Positions 12,712 to 24,738 are shown, numbered from the whole stretch's first letter. The stretch: 63,615 bases of DNA, filler included, from Reticulomyxa filosa (GCA_000512085.1; 19 parts of 19 records of this genome joined end to end with filler, not necessarily neighbours in it); one strand, 5' to 3'. The notes: generated by a model from the sequence alone, not told the origin. Translations and numbers: made by a program.

Positions 12712-13537
12712 TTCTCGCTTTCTTTGTTTTGAAGATGTTAAGATGCTTCTTACCAAAGCGATCAAAAAGATAATCTAACGAGTTTTTCTTAAAAAAAAAA
12801 CGGGAGAAAACCTGTCGACACGTTACATTCAGTTAGTTCTTTTGTATTAACAAAAATAGATTTGCGTGCTGTGTTATCGAGACTCCTTTCCTTCTTTTAT
12901 CTCTTATACCGTACATTATTTGATGAAATATCAAATTTGCATTAGTTTACAGTCAAAATATTAGATATTTATGATGATTACACAAATTTGTTTATTACTT
13001 TAAATAAAGCAACCAAATTGAATTAAGTAAATGTTCTGAAAAATGAACGTACAACTTCTCTCTAAAAAAGAGTGTGGTCCCAAAATTCTACTCCAAAAAA
13101 CTCGAATGTTGTGTTTTTCAACAGTGATTTTTTGAAATGTGGCTTGTTGGATAGAAAAATTTTTTGATTATACAAAGCATCACACAAAAAGACAACGTAA
13201 AAACGTAAAAGAGTTAGAAAAGAGATTTTTTAAGTTGGGTTTCCTGTTCATTTTATTTTTCTTGAAAGAAAGCTGCCAAAGTGATAATTGCTTCCTAAGT
13301 TTAAAAGGCTAAATTTGATGATGATAAAGTAATTGAAGGCATTGAATTGAGACTGAATAAATGTGATATAATCATCCATGTGTTAATGTTTTACATGATA
13401 TTTTAGAGAAATCTATTAAAGAGCCAAAACAAAAGCAATGACGATAAATTTATTCCATTCCAAAGATAACAAAAACATATTCTATGTGTACAATAACTTA
13501 ACGTCTTAGATCTTTGGATAAATCATTGTAGTATATA

Positions 13538-13731
13538 CAGTTGCGACAAAAAAAATTAGCCAACCCTAAAATATGAACTTTTTGTGTTTCTAACTAAAAT
13601 TTTAGTAGCAAATTATGATTATTTTTTCTGGTTTACTGGATGTACGTTTACACTTTTATAAGTAGTTTGTAAAAACAATAAACAAAAATTTAGAAAAGTT
13701 TCTTTAAGAAAAAAATTTTCAAAAATGATTG
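13538..13731 (+). repeat. Left terminal inverted repeat of the Tc1 element
   Basis: Matches the reverse complement of 14972-15162 with scattered mismatches. Confidence 0.92.
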
Positions 13732-13851
13732 TAATGTGTAGTTTTCCTGTTGGGCTTGCTTTAGTTGCAGTCACAATTTTCCATATAAACTTTTCTTTTT
13801 CAACATTCCAACAAGTTTTTTGTTTTTATTGTTATTCTTTGTCTTCTAGTC

Positions 13852-14816
13852 ATGACTCATAAGCTGTCTGGAATACAGCAAGGAATTTTATTTGAAAGAA
13901 TACTTATGTGAATGTCGTATCGTATGCTGGCCAGCAATTTGTGATAATCATGACACAGCAAAAAAGTTTACTTCAGAATTATCAACAGTTAAACGATTAC
14001 ACGCAAAAGATGCTCTGGATGTCCTAAAACGTGGACTGATAGAGATGCTATGCTTGCGATGCGCTTAATTTACTCTGGAAAGACACAAACAGCAGTAGAT
14101 TTGCAGCGACTACTCGCACGAACATATAAAAGAGCGTTCTCCGTGAGCACTGTGAAGAACATTTTAAAGTCCCAGTATTTAAATGGTCGCATAAGTATCA
14201 AAAAGCATCGTTTAGAGTTCGCCAAAAAACACAAATCATTGACCAAAAGTGAGTGTAGAAAAGTGACTTTTTTCCGATGAAACGAAAATAAATCGTTTCT
14301 GAAGTGACAGAAAATAATAAATTTGGCGAAGACCTAATGAAATGATTTCCGATCGTACTACTAAGCCTACTGTGAAATGTAGATGAAGTATGATGCTGCC
14401 AAAATCAAATGAACTGTTAACTCTGAGTTGTATAAAGAGATTCTCGCTGACTAAATGTGGAGCTCTCGTCAATATGGTCTCGAAGAAAAGTATTAGTAGG
14501 ATTTTATCTTTCAGCAAGACAATGCATCTTGTCAAAAGTCAAATTCAACTATGGAATTTTTGGATAATCATCGAATAGCGCTATTAGAACATCCCATCCG
14601 AAGATCACAGACTTCAATCCAATCGATGATTTGTGGCGAATTATAAAGATGAAAATCCACCAAAACAATGAGGTTACATCTTTGTAGCAGCTTTGGGAGG
14701 TGTTTGAGAAAGAATATTGAGAGATTGACAAAGATATTTGTAGAACGTTAGTGGAATCCATGCCTGATAGTATAAATGCTTTGATCAAAGCAATGGGTTT
14801 AAATATGAAATATTAA
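13852..14816 (+). pseudogene. Tc1-family DDE transposase pseudogene
   Basis: Remnant motifs RLEFAKKH, FSDETKINRF, KPTVK, FQQDNA, DFNPIDDLW and LVESMPDSINALIKAMGLNMKY*, broken by stops and frameshifts. Confidence 0.92.
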
Positions 14817-14971
14817 GAATTTTTTGTTGGTGTTTTTTGTTTGTTTTTATTTGTTTGTAACGGTAGTTATTATATATATACTGTTGAAGCATCTTCTTGT
14901 CAATAATTTTGTAAAAGGCAAACAAATTCTGCTACCTACTTCAAGGTGATGTGGAGATGGTGCCTCAATTT

Positions 14972-15162
14972 CAATCATTTTGAAAATTTTTTCTTCCAAC
15001 AACTTTTCTAAATTTTTGTTTATTGTTTTTACAAACTACTTATAAAGTGAAACGTATATCCAGTAAACCAGAAAAAATAATCACAATTTGCTACTAAAAT
15101 TTTTGTTAGAAACACAAAGAGTTCTTATTTTAGGATTGTCTAATTTTTTTTTGTCGCAACTG
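14972..15162 (-). repeat. Right terminal inverted repeat of the Tc1 element
   Basis: Matches the reverse complement of 13538-13731. Confidence 0.92.
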
Positions 15163-15499
15163 TACATTTAATAAATAATATCAAAGTGTAGTCATACAAT
15201 ATTTTCTGCTATGGAAGTATTCACTCGAACATGTAACTATTAGTTTGTTTCATCCAGCTTGTAATCTAATTTAATTTCAAAGCCAAAAACCTTACACATT
15301 TACATGTCTTCTTTTAACAATACATTTTCAATTTTTTTAAAAATACTAGTGTGGAGTTATTGATAGGACCACTTCTACGCAATTGCGAATTTTTTAGCAT
15401 TATCTTACCTATCTGCTCAAGCGCATGACTACACTTTATTAATCCACGGACACTCAATAAAAATGTTTTTCCACACATTTTAGTCAAGTGTCAGCCTGC

Positions 15500-16360
15500 T
15501 ATGTTACGTGCAGCTCTAAAGCTTGACTAGAAATCTGTATTTTTTTTCCATTAACAATAAATGCAAAGCGCATCAGCAGATCTTTCTTTCGGCTATAAAA
15601 GGTCCAGCTCTCATTCGGCAATGATGATTAAATATCGATGAAACAGGATCTTTTGTTTAAGCCGCCATGTGCCAAAGGGACAATGTCAAAGCAATTGGCA
15701 GACCAGCACAATCATTTTTGCGAAGCTGGCCAGCAATAACCACAAACGTGTTGAACATATATCCAAAGAATGACTATCAAGTATGTCATAACGTCTTCGA
15801 CATGTGCTGCTGATGATCAAGTAACACATAAGCATCACCATCTGATCACAAGAAAAAAACTATTGACAGTAGCACAATTGATGTCACGAATGTGATCCTT
15901 TCTGGAACAGCATCTGCGAGTCCATTTGGATATCATATTGATTTAGCGCAGGAAAGATCGCAAATACTACTCACGCAGCCGATGTGCACGCGCAACTTGT
16001 CCAATTGCGCCAGTAGCGTCATTCTTATCAATGTTCACCACTATATGTATGTTTAATGTCCGTATTGCTCTGCTTTTTTTTTACTATTGTTGGATACAAT
16101 ATAGTGCCAAGTTTAGCTTAGTGATCAATATCATAGTCACTGAGTCTCGCTTGACCTACTGGGCTAAGCATATCGAAGTCTTAGTGACTAGCATGTTCTC
16201 GTCACACGCCACTTTTTCGTTTTCATCATTCGTCGCGCTGCATTCGCATCTTGTCCACTCGTGCACTGTCTTTATACCATGATCCTGTCCCTTTCGTTCG
16301 CTCTTCTTGCTTTGTTATTAGCTCCCATAGTGCCTCTTCGCTCAAATGTTGCGTGTACTT
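15500..16360 (-). pseudogene. Decayed coding island, possibly calponin-homology (fimbrin/plastin-like) derived
   Basis: Higher-GC stretch with broken frames. Fragments KLNLALYCIQ, HIVVNIDKND and VNSF...SDGDAYVLLDHQ loosely echo CH-domain motifs. Confidence 0.3.
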
Positions 16361-17255
16361 TGTCTTGTATTAATAATTTACTTTCTGTTGTCCAAAACAT
16401 ACAACTTTTATGCATAATGCAATAAAAAGGTCGTTACACAGATTTCACAAAAAAAAAATTGATGTCCTTGTGTTACAAAACTTTCATGTAGTTAAATTGA
16501 AACAGATCTTTCTTCTCTGCATACTTTGCCACCACATATCTGTCAACAATTTGACAAATATTGTTTCAAAAAATGCTTATAGTATTATTGGTCATACTTT
16601 AATATCATTAACACAAACAACAAAAGAAATACATTTTGAAATATTATAAAATTTTTTGTTAAATTCTTGTAAAATTTTTAAAGACTCAACAGGACATTAC
16701 ATTTTTGGCAATTTGAATATGTTTTTCTCACAATTTACATTAATTATATGAGTTGAATATAAAATAGAAGAAATTTAGGAAAAAATAGTAAAAAAGATAA
16801 TCAGATACTAGGAGCTCCAAGCTTACAAGTAATAGCAAGATAGCAAGAACACAGTGACTGTATATTTTATCATTTTGTTTGTGCAGTATTGCAAATGTTT
16901 CTGCGATGCAAGATTTGACAAGCATTTAAAACCTAACAGAAATACAGTATGATAAAAAAGAAAGTTGACACATAAAATGTTACCGAAAAAACAATATTTA
17001 ATCAAAAATTTTTAAAAATATCTACGAATCGTGTAGTTTTTAAATATCATTTTGGTTTTTTATTAAATATTTCTAATTTTTTCAAAAATTTTAATCTTTC
17101 ATTTACTTTAAAAAAAATTTTTGTGGTGCCTGAGTATGATAAGATTTGTTTTTTANNNNNNNNNNNNNNNNNNNNNNNNNNNNNNNNNNNNNNNNNNNNT
17201 TAATTAATTAANNNNNNNNNNNNNNNNNNNNNNNNNNNNNNNNNNNNNNNNNNNN

Positions 17256-18270
17256 AGCCGCCACCATAGAACATCGGATCGCTCGCCATCACCGCCACGG
17301 GCCAGCCGTCGACGCGCGCGAAGCCGGTCACGACCGAGCGGCCGTAGAGCCGGCCCATCTCGAAGAAGCTGCCCTGGTCGACCACCTTCTCGACGATCGG
17401 CCGGATGCGATAGACCTTGCGGGTGTCGCGCGGGATGGCGTCGAACAGCGACTCCTCGCGCCGCGCCGGATCGTCGGTGACGGGACCCCGCGGCGGGGCG
17501 TCGTAGACCGAGGAAGGCAGGTAGGAGAGGAAGCGGCGCGCCACGGCAAAGGCCTCGTCCTCGCTGTCGACGGCTTCGTCGATCGCGCCGGCGCGCAGCT
17601 GGATCTCCCAGCCGCCCAACTCCTGCTTGTCGAACTGCTTGGCGCTGAGGCGATTCACCACCGGCGGCCCGGCAACGAACATCGCCGAGACTTCCTTCAC
17701 CATCACCGAATAGTGGGTGGCCGCGAGTCGGGCGGCACCGAGACCCGCGACGGAACCGAGGCCCAGGCCCACGGTGGGCACCGTGCCCATGTTGCGCACG
17801 GTCCATTCCCAGCCGGCGACGCCCGGCACGTTGGCGCGCCCGGTCGTCTCGATGGTCTTCACCGATCCGCCGCCGCCTGACCCTTCGATCAGCCGCACGA
17901 CCGGAATGCGGTACTGGTTGGCGTAGCGTTCGACGAAGTTGGACTTTTCCTTGATGGTGGCGTCGGCCGAGCCGCCGCGCACCGTGAAGTCATCGCCGGT
18001 CACGGCGACATGCCGCCCATCGATCTTGCCGCGGCCCATGACGACATTGGCCGGCGTCAGTTCGACCAGGTCGTTGCGGCCGTCATACTCCGCCTTGCCT
18101 GCGACGCTGCCGATCTCGCGGAAAGAACCCTCGTCGAGCAACCGGTCGATGCGCTCGCGGACCGTGAGCCGCCCGCCATCGTGCTGGCGCTTCACCTTGT
18201 CGGCGCCGCCCATGCGCTTCGTCATCTCCTGACGGCGGCGCAACTCGTCCATTTCCGGTTGCCAGCTCAT
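17256..18270 (-). CDS. Bacterial acyl-CoA carboxylase carboxyltransferase (beta) subunit, 3'-truncated
   Basis: MGGADKVKRQH..GRLTVRERIDRLLDEGSF, DDFTVRGGS, MFVAGPPVV and GFARVDGWPV. The likely start MSWQPEM at 18270 follows a GGGGGA SD-like motif. Confidence 0.93.
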
Positions 18271-18379
18271 CTCGACGCATCCCCCGATCATTTCGCGGAA
18301 CGTTTCCAACCCTGGCGGTTCGTACCAACGAAGACCCGGACCGGCTACAGTAAAGCGGTCTTCGTGGGGGAGCCGACCG

Positions 18380-18916
18380 ATGGACGAAACGGCAAAGTGG
18401 GGAGCGGCGACGCTCCACATGATCTGCGGCAAGATCGCCGCCGGAAAGTCGACGCTTGCGGCCAGGCTGGCGGAGCGCCCGGGCACGATACGGATCAGCG
18501 AAGATGCGTGGCTCGCCTGTCTCTACGAGGACGAGCAGAGGACGATCGAGGACTATGTGCGCAACTCCCGACGCCTGCGCGCGGTGATGGGTGAACACGT
18601 CGTCGCCCTGCTGGAGGCCGGCCTGTCGGTCGTGCTCGACTTTCCCGCCAACACGCCGGCCAGCCGTCAATGGATGCGCAGTCTCTTCGAGCGCGCCGGT
18701 GCGGACCACCGGCTGCATTTTCTCGACGTGCCGGACGAGGTCTGCAAGGCTCGGCTGCGCGCCCGCAACGCCGCCGGCACGCACGCCTTCAACACCAGCG
18801 ACGCGGAGTTCGACGTCTTTACCAGCTACTTCGTGCCGCCCTCGGCCGACGAAGGCTTCGAGGTCGCATTCCACGGCGAATCGAAAACGACGCCGTCGAT
18901 CAGGTTCTCTTCGTAG
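18380..18916 (+). CDS. Bacterial AAA_33 / predicted P-loop kinase
   Basis: CGKIAAGKST Walker A, ISED.WL, VVLDFPANT and HFLDVPDEVCKARL, with GGGGAG upstream. Confidence 0.88.
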   Translation: MDETAKWGAATLHMICGKIAAGKSTLAARLAERPGTIRISEDAWLACLYEDEQRTIEDYVRNSRRLRAVMGEHVVALLEAGLSVVLDFPANTPASRQWMRSLFERAGADHRLHFLDVPDEVCKARLRARNAAGTHAFNTSDAEFDVFTSYFVPPSADEGFEVAFHGESKTTPSIRFSS

Positions 18917-19267
18917 AGCCGCGCGAGGTCGATACCGCCCGGCGGGCGCGCCACGACGAAACCGGCGATGGCGCGCTGGAGCCTCGCTTCCTGCTCGCGG
19001 CGCAGGGTCTCGGCTTCCTCGACGGTGATGGCGGCGAAACGTACGGTCTGGCCGGGCAGCAGCCGTCCGAGGCGCGGCAGGTCGACCGAGGCGACGGTCG
19101 CGATCTTTGGATAGCCGCCCACCGTCTGGCGGTCGGCCATCAGCACGATCGGCAGGCCCGCGCCGGGCACCTGGATGGCGCCCGGCGCGATGCCGTCGGA
19201 GATGATGTCGGCGCCGCCTTTGTCGACGCTCTTCGCGTGGGCGATCGTCGGCCCCTCGAAGCGGATG
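18826..19267 (-). CDS. pxpC: 5-oxoprolinase subunit C / allophanate hydrolase subunit 2 family, C-terminal part
   Basis: IISDGIAPGAIQVPGAGLPIVLMADRQTVGGYPKIATVASVDL is the family signature. 5'-truncated by the linker. Confidence 0.85.
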
Positions 19268-20189
19268 NNNNNNNNNNNNNNNNNNNNNNNNNNNNNNNNN
19301 NNNNNNNNNNNTTAATTAATTAANNNNNNNNNNNNNNNNNNNNNNNNNNNNNNNNNNNNNNNNNNNNTATGATTACTTTGTAAAATTTTATGAGATATGA
19401 TAGAACTGCAATTCACAAATCTCTGTGTCGTCCTTTTGTTGTTTCCAACCAGAGCACTTTTTTTTTGTAAAGTGTCAAACAAAAAGAGTTTTTTTATCGT
19501 GAAGAATAGGATTGCGAAAAAATATTTTTCTTTTCCACACAAAAAAAAATTCTCGAAAACGTTTTTTGTGCAAAAAAAAAAAACTTATTAAAAACTTTGA
19601 AATAAAAAGTTTTTGGATGTAAAAAAATTTGTTTGTCTCCTAAAATGTTCTCCTATACTCTCCCTTCAACGTTCTTGTGCAGCAGTTGCGATTTCAGAAA
19701 TTTTGTCCATGTGTCAGTTTGACGAACGTACAATTATCACACTTGCGTATGATAGTACATTAAATGTTAATTATTTTGTTGAAAAGAAGACGAAAATAAG
19801 CAATTTGAAGATAAAACTATTCGAATTATGATAATTTTTTGTGTATTTGGAAAACTGTAAAAATGATCGATGTACAAAACGTCAAAATATCTTTTTTTTT
19901 CCATTCTGAAGGAGCAATAAAAAAAGTCGTCTTTTAATTTTGTTGTTTTTTTTACCAGAAGAAATAATCAATACTCCAAAAAAGGAATTTCTGACAATGA
20001 TATAATTTGTGTCCTTGAAAGAAAGACATCACATATATGGACATAAAAAAAACTGGAATCTTTTAAAAAAACAAACAACAGGCACAAAACTGCAAAAATA
20101 TCAAAAATTAGACAAGAGTGAACAAATACAACAATTCACCAAAAGCAAACAGTTAAGCTTTTTCTCTCAAATATTGATAATAGTGTTAT

Positions 20190-20680
20190 CACTTGCGTAG
20201 CAAGAGAATATCAGTGAAAAAAATGATTTCTAATTCATCAATTCTATCATTTATCAGCTGAAACAAACAATTTCTAATCTCTTTCTTGTTCCTTTTGCTC
20301 TTCGTTATGATGAAAATGAAATATTTGTAACTCATTTCAAAGATACAATCATCGTTATTTGTTTCGTATTGTACCATCAGTGGTCTCTTTAAATTTTGAG
20401 GTGTGTTGCTGCAGCGCTTTAGATTGATATTAGCATCGTTGTGCGTTATTCCATACAACACTTGTTATCAAACATTCAAAGGACATTGCGACTTTTGGAT
20501 TGTTTATGACATTCTTTTCATTACTAGTTCGCGAGACATGAAATTAGATAACTTGGTTTATTATTCCTCATTTGAATAATGTACCTTTATAATCGTTTTC
20601 TATTGTTATTATTGTCTTTTTTTCTTTGAGCGACAATTGTCAGCACTTTGCACTGCTGATGGATATGACTTGAACAAAAA
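20190..20680 (-). pseudogene. Decayed TRAF-zinc-finger-family remnant
   Basis: Broken fragments (KSQCPLNV, CPL-like and EMSYK segments) in an order similar to the TRAF region at 12112-12711. Confidence 0.35.
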
Positions 20681-21557
20681 AACGTATAATCTTTGGAAAT
20701 TTAGTTGTTTAGACAGCAACGTAGGAAAAGGATTTTTTGTCTTTGTTTACTACTTGACACTACACAAACAAGTTTTGCCCAAAAAAACCCAGTCATGAAG
20801 TTTAATGGTTTGATTGCGCCTTTTAAGTAAGTCTGTCTTCAAGTAGTTTTTTTTGAGAGATATGGCAGAAAAAGTTCAACTGAATCTCCCTTTTAATCAA
20901 AAAATGTTTCGATGTACCAATTATATTCCAGTCATCATATTAAATTTCAGCAATTATTTTCTAAAAAAATAACAAAATGAATAATCTTAATATTTATGAA
21001 TATTTAATGTTGTGCATGAATACAATTATGACTATCAACCAATTATTACATCTCTTGCATTTAATGTATTTCATCATCACCAAACAACTCTTTCTCCAAG
21101 TTGTTTGGTTAATGTTTTTTTTTTAATTGAGAAATAAAAATAGTTCAAAAGAATAATTTGAAAGAGTTTTTGTTATTATCAGTGCTTTCAGTTGGATTGA
21201 GGAAGCCTGAATGATATCATAAGATTTGTCAAATGTCTGGAACTTAAACAACTAGCACACGAATTTCAAATATTTACGAGCAAACAGATTTTGTGAGACA
21301 TTGACACAAAGAAATAAATACAATAGAAACTTGTTTTCGATTGTAATTTTTAGTTTTGACTATTTTTTTTGTATTTCAATGTTATTCTTTAAAAATACTC
21401 TTGGTTTTTTTTGAACGTGTTTGGCAGGGTAAGATTCTGTGTATGAAAGTGGTCGAANNNNNNNNNNNNNNNNNNNNNNNNNNNNNNNNNNNNNNNNNNN
21501 NTTAATTAATTAANNNNNNNNNNNNNNNNNNNNNNNNNNNNNNNNNNNNNNNNNNNN

Positions 21558-22221
21558 AGATTTTTTTTGTTTTGTAACCGATCTTTGTTAACATTTTCTC
21601 GACTTCTGATTTGATTTCCTCAAAGCGATCTTGAGCGTAGTTGACTGAAGGATCATCCATTTTGTTCAAAATGACTATCAATTGTTCAATTCATAACAAT
21701 TTGCACAATCGAGCATGTTGTCGGATTTGTCCTTGAATTTCTCTATTATTTTATTTTATTTTGTTTTAAATGATATTAAAAAAAAAAGGAAGTTATTATA
21801 AGAAAATTATTATGAATTTTCTTGTGTCCTTTTTTGTGATTTCCTTTCGAAATCGAGGTTTCAAATTCATCTTTGTTTGCAGACACCATTAGCAAAGCGA
21901 CATCAGCTTGCAAAATTCCACTGACCATGTTCTTAATAAAATCTCTGCGTTATTTTTTAAAAAAATAAAAATATTTATACATTCAAATAATTTAACAATT
22001 CACCTGTGATCAGGGGGATGAATAATTGTGTAATGCCATGTTGGAGTAAGGAATTCTCGTGTCTTGGAAACAATTGTCACACCAGCTTGTCCTGTGAAAA
22101 AAAAAATCATAACATTTTTTTATTTGTTAAAAAAAATAAAAAAAATTCGCAAAAAAAATAAAAATAAACCGACGATGACAATTCTCAAATATTTTTTTTC
22201 TTGTTTTGGATCAGTTGCCAT
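21558..22221 (-). pseudogene. EFL (EF-1alpha-like) elongation factor pseudogene, intron-containing, 3'-truncated
   Basis: Spliced translation MATDPKQEKKYLRIVIVG|QAGVTIVSKTREFLTPTWHYTIIHPPDHR|DFIKNMVSGILQADVALLMV...KGNHKKG|EIQGQIRQHARLCKLL*IEQLIVILNKMD. WHYTII and KGxHKxGEIQGQxRQHARL are EFL-type. The P-loop is missing and there is an in-frame TGA. Confidence 0.88.
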
Positions 22222-22632
22222 TATTGTAGACTAAACAGTGTAATGTAAATTAGAAAGAAAAGTAGAACCCAAAAAAAAACAAATTAAAGATTTTTTTAAA
22301 AAAATCCGTACAAACTTCTCGAGTTTTTGCAATGTCAGCAAGATCAATATTAAAAGGGTTGCTTAAGAAAAATATATACAGTGTATATAAATTTTGATGT
22401 CCTATTATGAAAATATACTGAGAAATATGACAGCCATTTAAATTCAATCAGCGGATTTTGATCAACGACAAAAATATGCCAGCATTCAAAATGAAACATA
22501 CAAATAATTTTCAAATTAAAAATGTCTATATGTTTCGCATAAAAATGCTGTTGATTGAAGTGGTTAAGATTTTACACTTTCTTTCCTTTTACAAAGAGTG
22601 GGGTAGTGTTTTAGCTTAATTGACGAAGAGTC

Positions 22633-22960
22633 AATTCGAGTGCTAGTACGATTTCGTCCAATAAGTAATTCAGAAAAGCATCATGCAGGAGAAGATGTGT
22701 GGTTTTTCCAATTCGTCTTAACACGAGGTTTGAACAAAAAATATTTGTACATTTTGAATAATGTACATGAAGCGATAATATGATAAAATGAAGAAAAAAA
22801 ATATTAGTGAATAGACATGCTTCCAGTATATCTGAATTTGTAAAGTGTGAAGTTGGCACGAGACAACAAAAACTCACAGAAGTTATACAAGTGTACATTG
22901 GATCAAATATTTCCATCGGAGTTGATGCAAGAGGAAGTGTTTGCGCAATTTGCAAATACA
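22633..22960 (+). pseudogene. Kinesin motor-domain N-terminal remnant
   Basis: IRVLVRFRPISNSEK and LDQIFPSELMQEEVFAQF. No P-loop follows and the frame ends in a stop. Confidence 0.65.
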
Positions 22961-23709
22961 TGTAACATATTTCAAAAATAGACACATTGATTTTGCATTT
23001 GAATATCAACCATTGAAACCTTCACAGTGACTGATTGCTCAAATTAAGCGCAAGGTGAACAAGTTACAATTTAAATAGCCACACGCTTTTGCTGTGGACG
23101 AGTTTGAACTATGTTCAATACTTAGCATATACTTTATCCAAATACTGAACAATTCACAATTACAATTACATAGAAAAGGATACGTATTTGCTGATAAGAA
23201 TTTGACATTGTCGAAACTATAAGATTTGATCTACGATACACATCCTAAAAAACAAAGCTTTTAAATCACAACTCAGTTTTGCCAACATACTGACTGGTTT
23301 TTAACACCTTTAAATGTGCTGTTCTTTCACTTCTANNNNNNNNNNNNNNNNNNNNNNNNNNNNNNNNNNNNNNNNNNNNTTAATTAATTAANNNNNNNNN
23401 NNNNNNNNNNNNNNNNNNNNNNNNNNNNNNNNNNNTATTGTTTTGTTATGTAATGTTGTTTGTTTGTTTGATTCAATAGGATTCCCCCTTCAAAAAAAAA
23501 AGAATATATGTACACTTTATTTTTTTATTTATTTGTTCCCCCCCCCCCTTCTTAAAAAAAAGTTGTGTTAGTGCTTTTATAGGAAAAATGAATGTATGTG
23601 CAGATGAAATTATAGTTATAAATATTTTTTTTTGTCTATTATTTAAAAGATGATAAAAGTAACTTTTTTTTGTGCACATAGGCCAGTGAGCAGCAAAACA
23701 GCAGCAGTG

Positions 23710-23996
23710 TCTACCAGTATTTAAAGGGAGTTGGAAAAAAGGGAAAAAAAAATAAGGGATGAAGAAAATGAAATAATAAAAGAAAAAAAAGGGGAAGAAA
23801 AAAAAAAGTAGTAATAAGAAGAAAAAATAAAGGTAGTAATAAAAAAAAAAGTATACTAAAAAGAAAAAAGAAAAAAAGAAAAAGAAAAAAAAAAAGAACA
23901 AAGAACAAAGATGATAAATGAAAAAAAAATTAGAATTGAAATAATTTTTATTTTTTTAATATAAAAGTGATTGTATCCCGCGCGGGATAACATTAG
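23710..23996 (+). mobile_element. Candidate non-autonomous Helitron-like element
   Basis: Starts TCTACCAGTATTTAAAG and has an A-rich interior. The perfect palindrome TATCCCGCGCGGGATA (23974-23989) lies just before TTAG|T. Confidence 0.35.
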
Positions 23997-24738
23997 TTAA
24001 GTAAGTTTTTCTCTTTGTGTGTGTGTTTGTTTAAAAAATGTATGTGTTGTTGAATGTTATAGAACAGCAACTCGTTTGTGTGGAAGCATCATATCAAAAT
24101 TGTTCGATGCGGCGAGAAGTGAATAATGCAATGGACCAAAAGGAAAAGTGACCGTGTGCAAATACCAAATGTTTGTGTGTTGTGTGTTTGTATATATATA
24201 TACATTTGTGACTAAATCAAATGCCAAAAGCAAGTAAAAAAAACAAAAATAGATCAAATAAACGACATGGTTGTGAAATATCGGAATTCGACGTTCCCTT
24301 CGCTGCGAGACCAGTGGCAACGAATTATCAATGACCAACTTTGTGCTATCCATAACGCTTCAAGTCAAGTGTCTGATTGGGAAAAAGGTCAATTTGTTAT
24401 TGGGCCAACCTATAAATGGTGTGAATTTTCATTCCAGACTACAAACAAACTATAGAGCACACCATTTTATATCTGCACACTTGTATATTTAAAAAAAAAG
24501 AATATTATATACCTGTTTTGTTTGGAAAAAAAAAATAATAATACAAACAAAATAATTAGTATAAATAAGTTCGAAGTATAATGGGCATCCACATGAATTG
24601 TACAAGTCGATTTCAAGCACAAATTTAGTGGTCAAGCCNNNNNNNNNNNNNNNNNNNNNNNNNNNNNNNNNNNNNNNNNNNNTTAATTAATTAANNNNNN
24701 NNNNNNNNNNNNNNNNNNNNNNNNNNNNNNNNNNNNNN

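Larger units (their letters stand above)
13538..15162 (+). mobile_element. Full-length decayed Tc1/mariner DNA transposon (about 1.6 kb)
   Basis: Ends are TA|CAGTTGCGACAAAA...TTTTGTCGCAACTG|TA, with imperfect TIRs of about 190 bp, TA target duplications at 13536-13537 and 15163-15164, and an internal transposase remnant. Confidence 0.95.

Noticed and set aside
18271-18486. N-terminal extension of the 428-aa carboxyltransferase ORF
   Set aside because: It overlaps the AAA_33 gene. Family similarity and an SD-like motif support the start at 18270.
17204-19323. Long alternative-frame ORFs in the GC-rich contigs (also 33771-34592, 34861-35748)
   Set aside because: Shadow ORFs expected at high GC, overlapping well-supported genes.
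21700-21712. TGA recoding in the EFL copy
   Set aside because: The copy has other lesions, and TGA, TAA and TAG all serve as normal stops in intact genes here.
23473-23908. Phe-rich 'membrane protein' ORFs (similar antisense ORFs at 45151-45800)
   Set aside because: Translations of poly-A/T or antisense low-complexity sequence.
24057-24638. Possible exons of a gene
   Set aside because: I could not assemble a consistent frame or recognise a domain.
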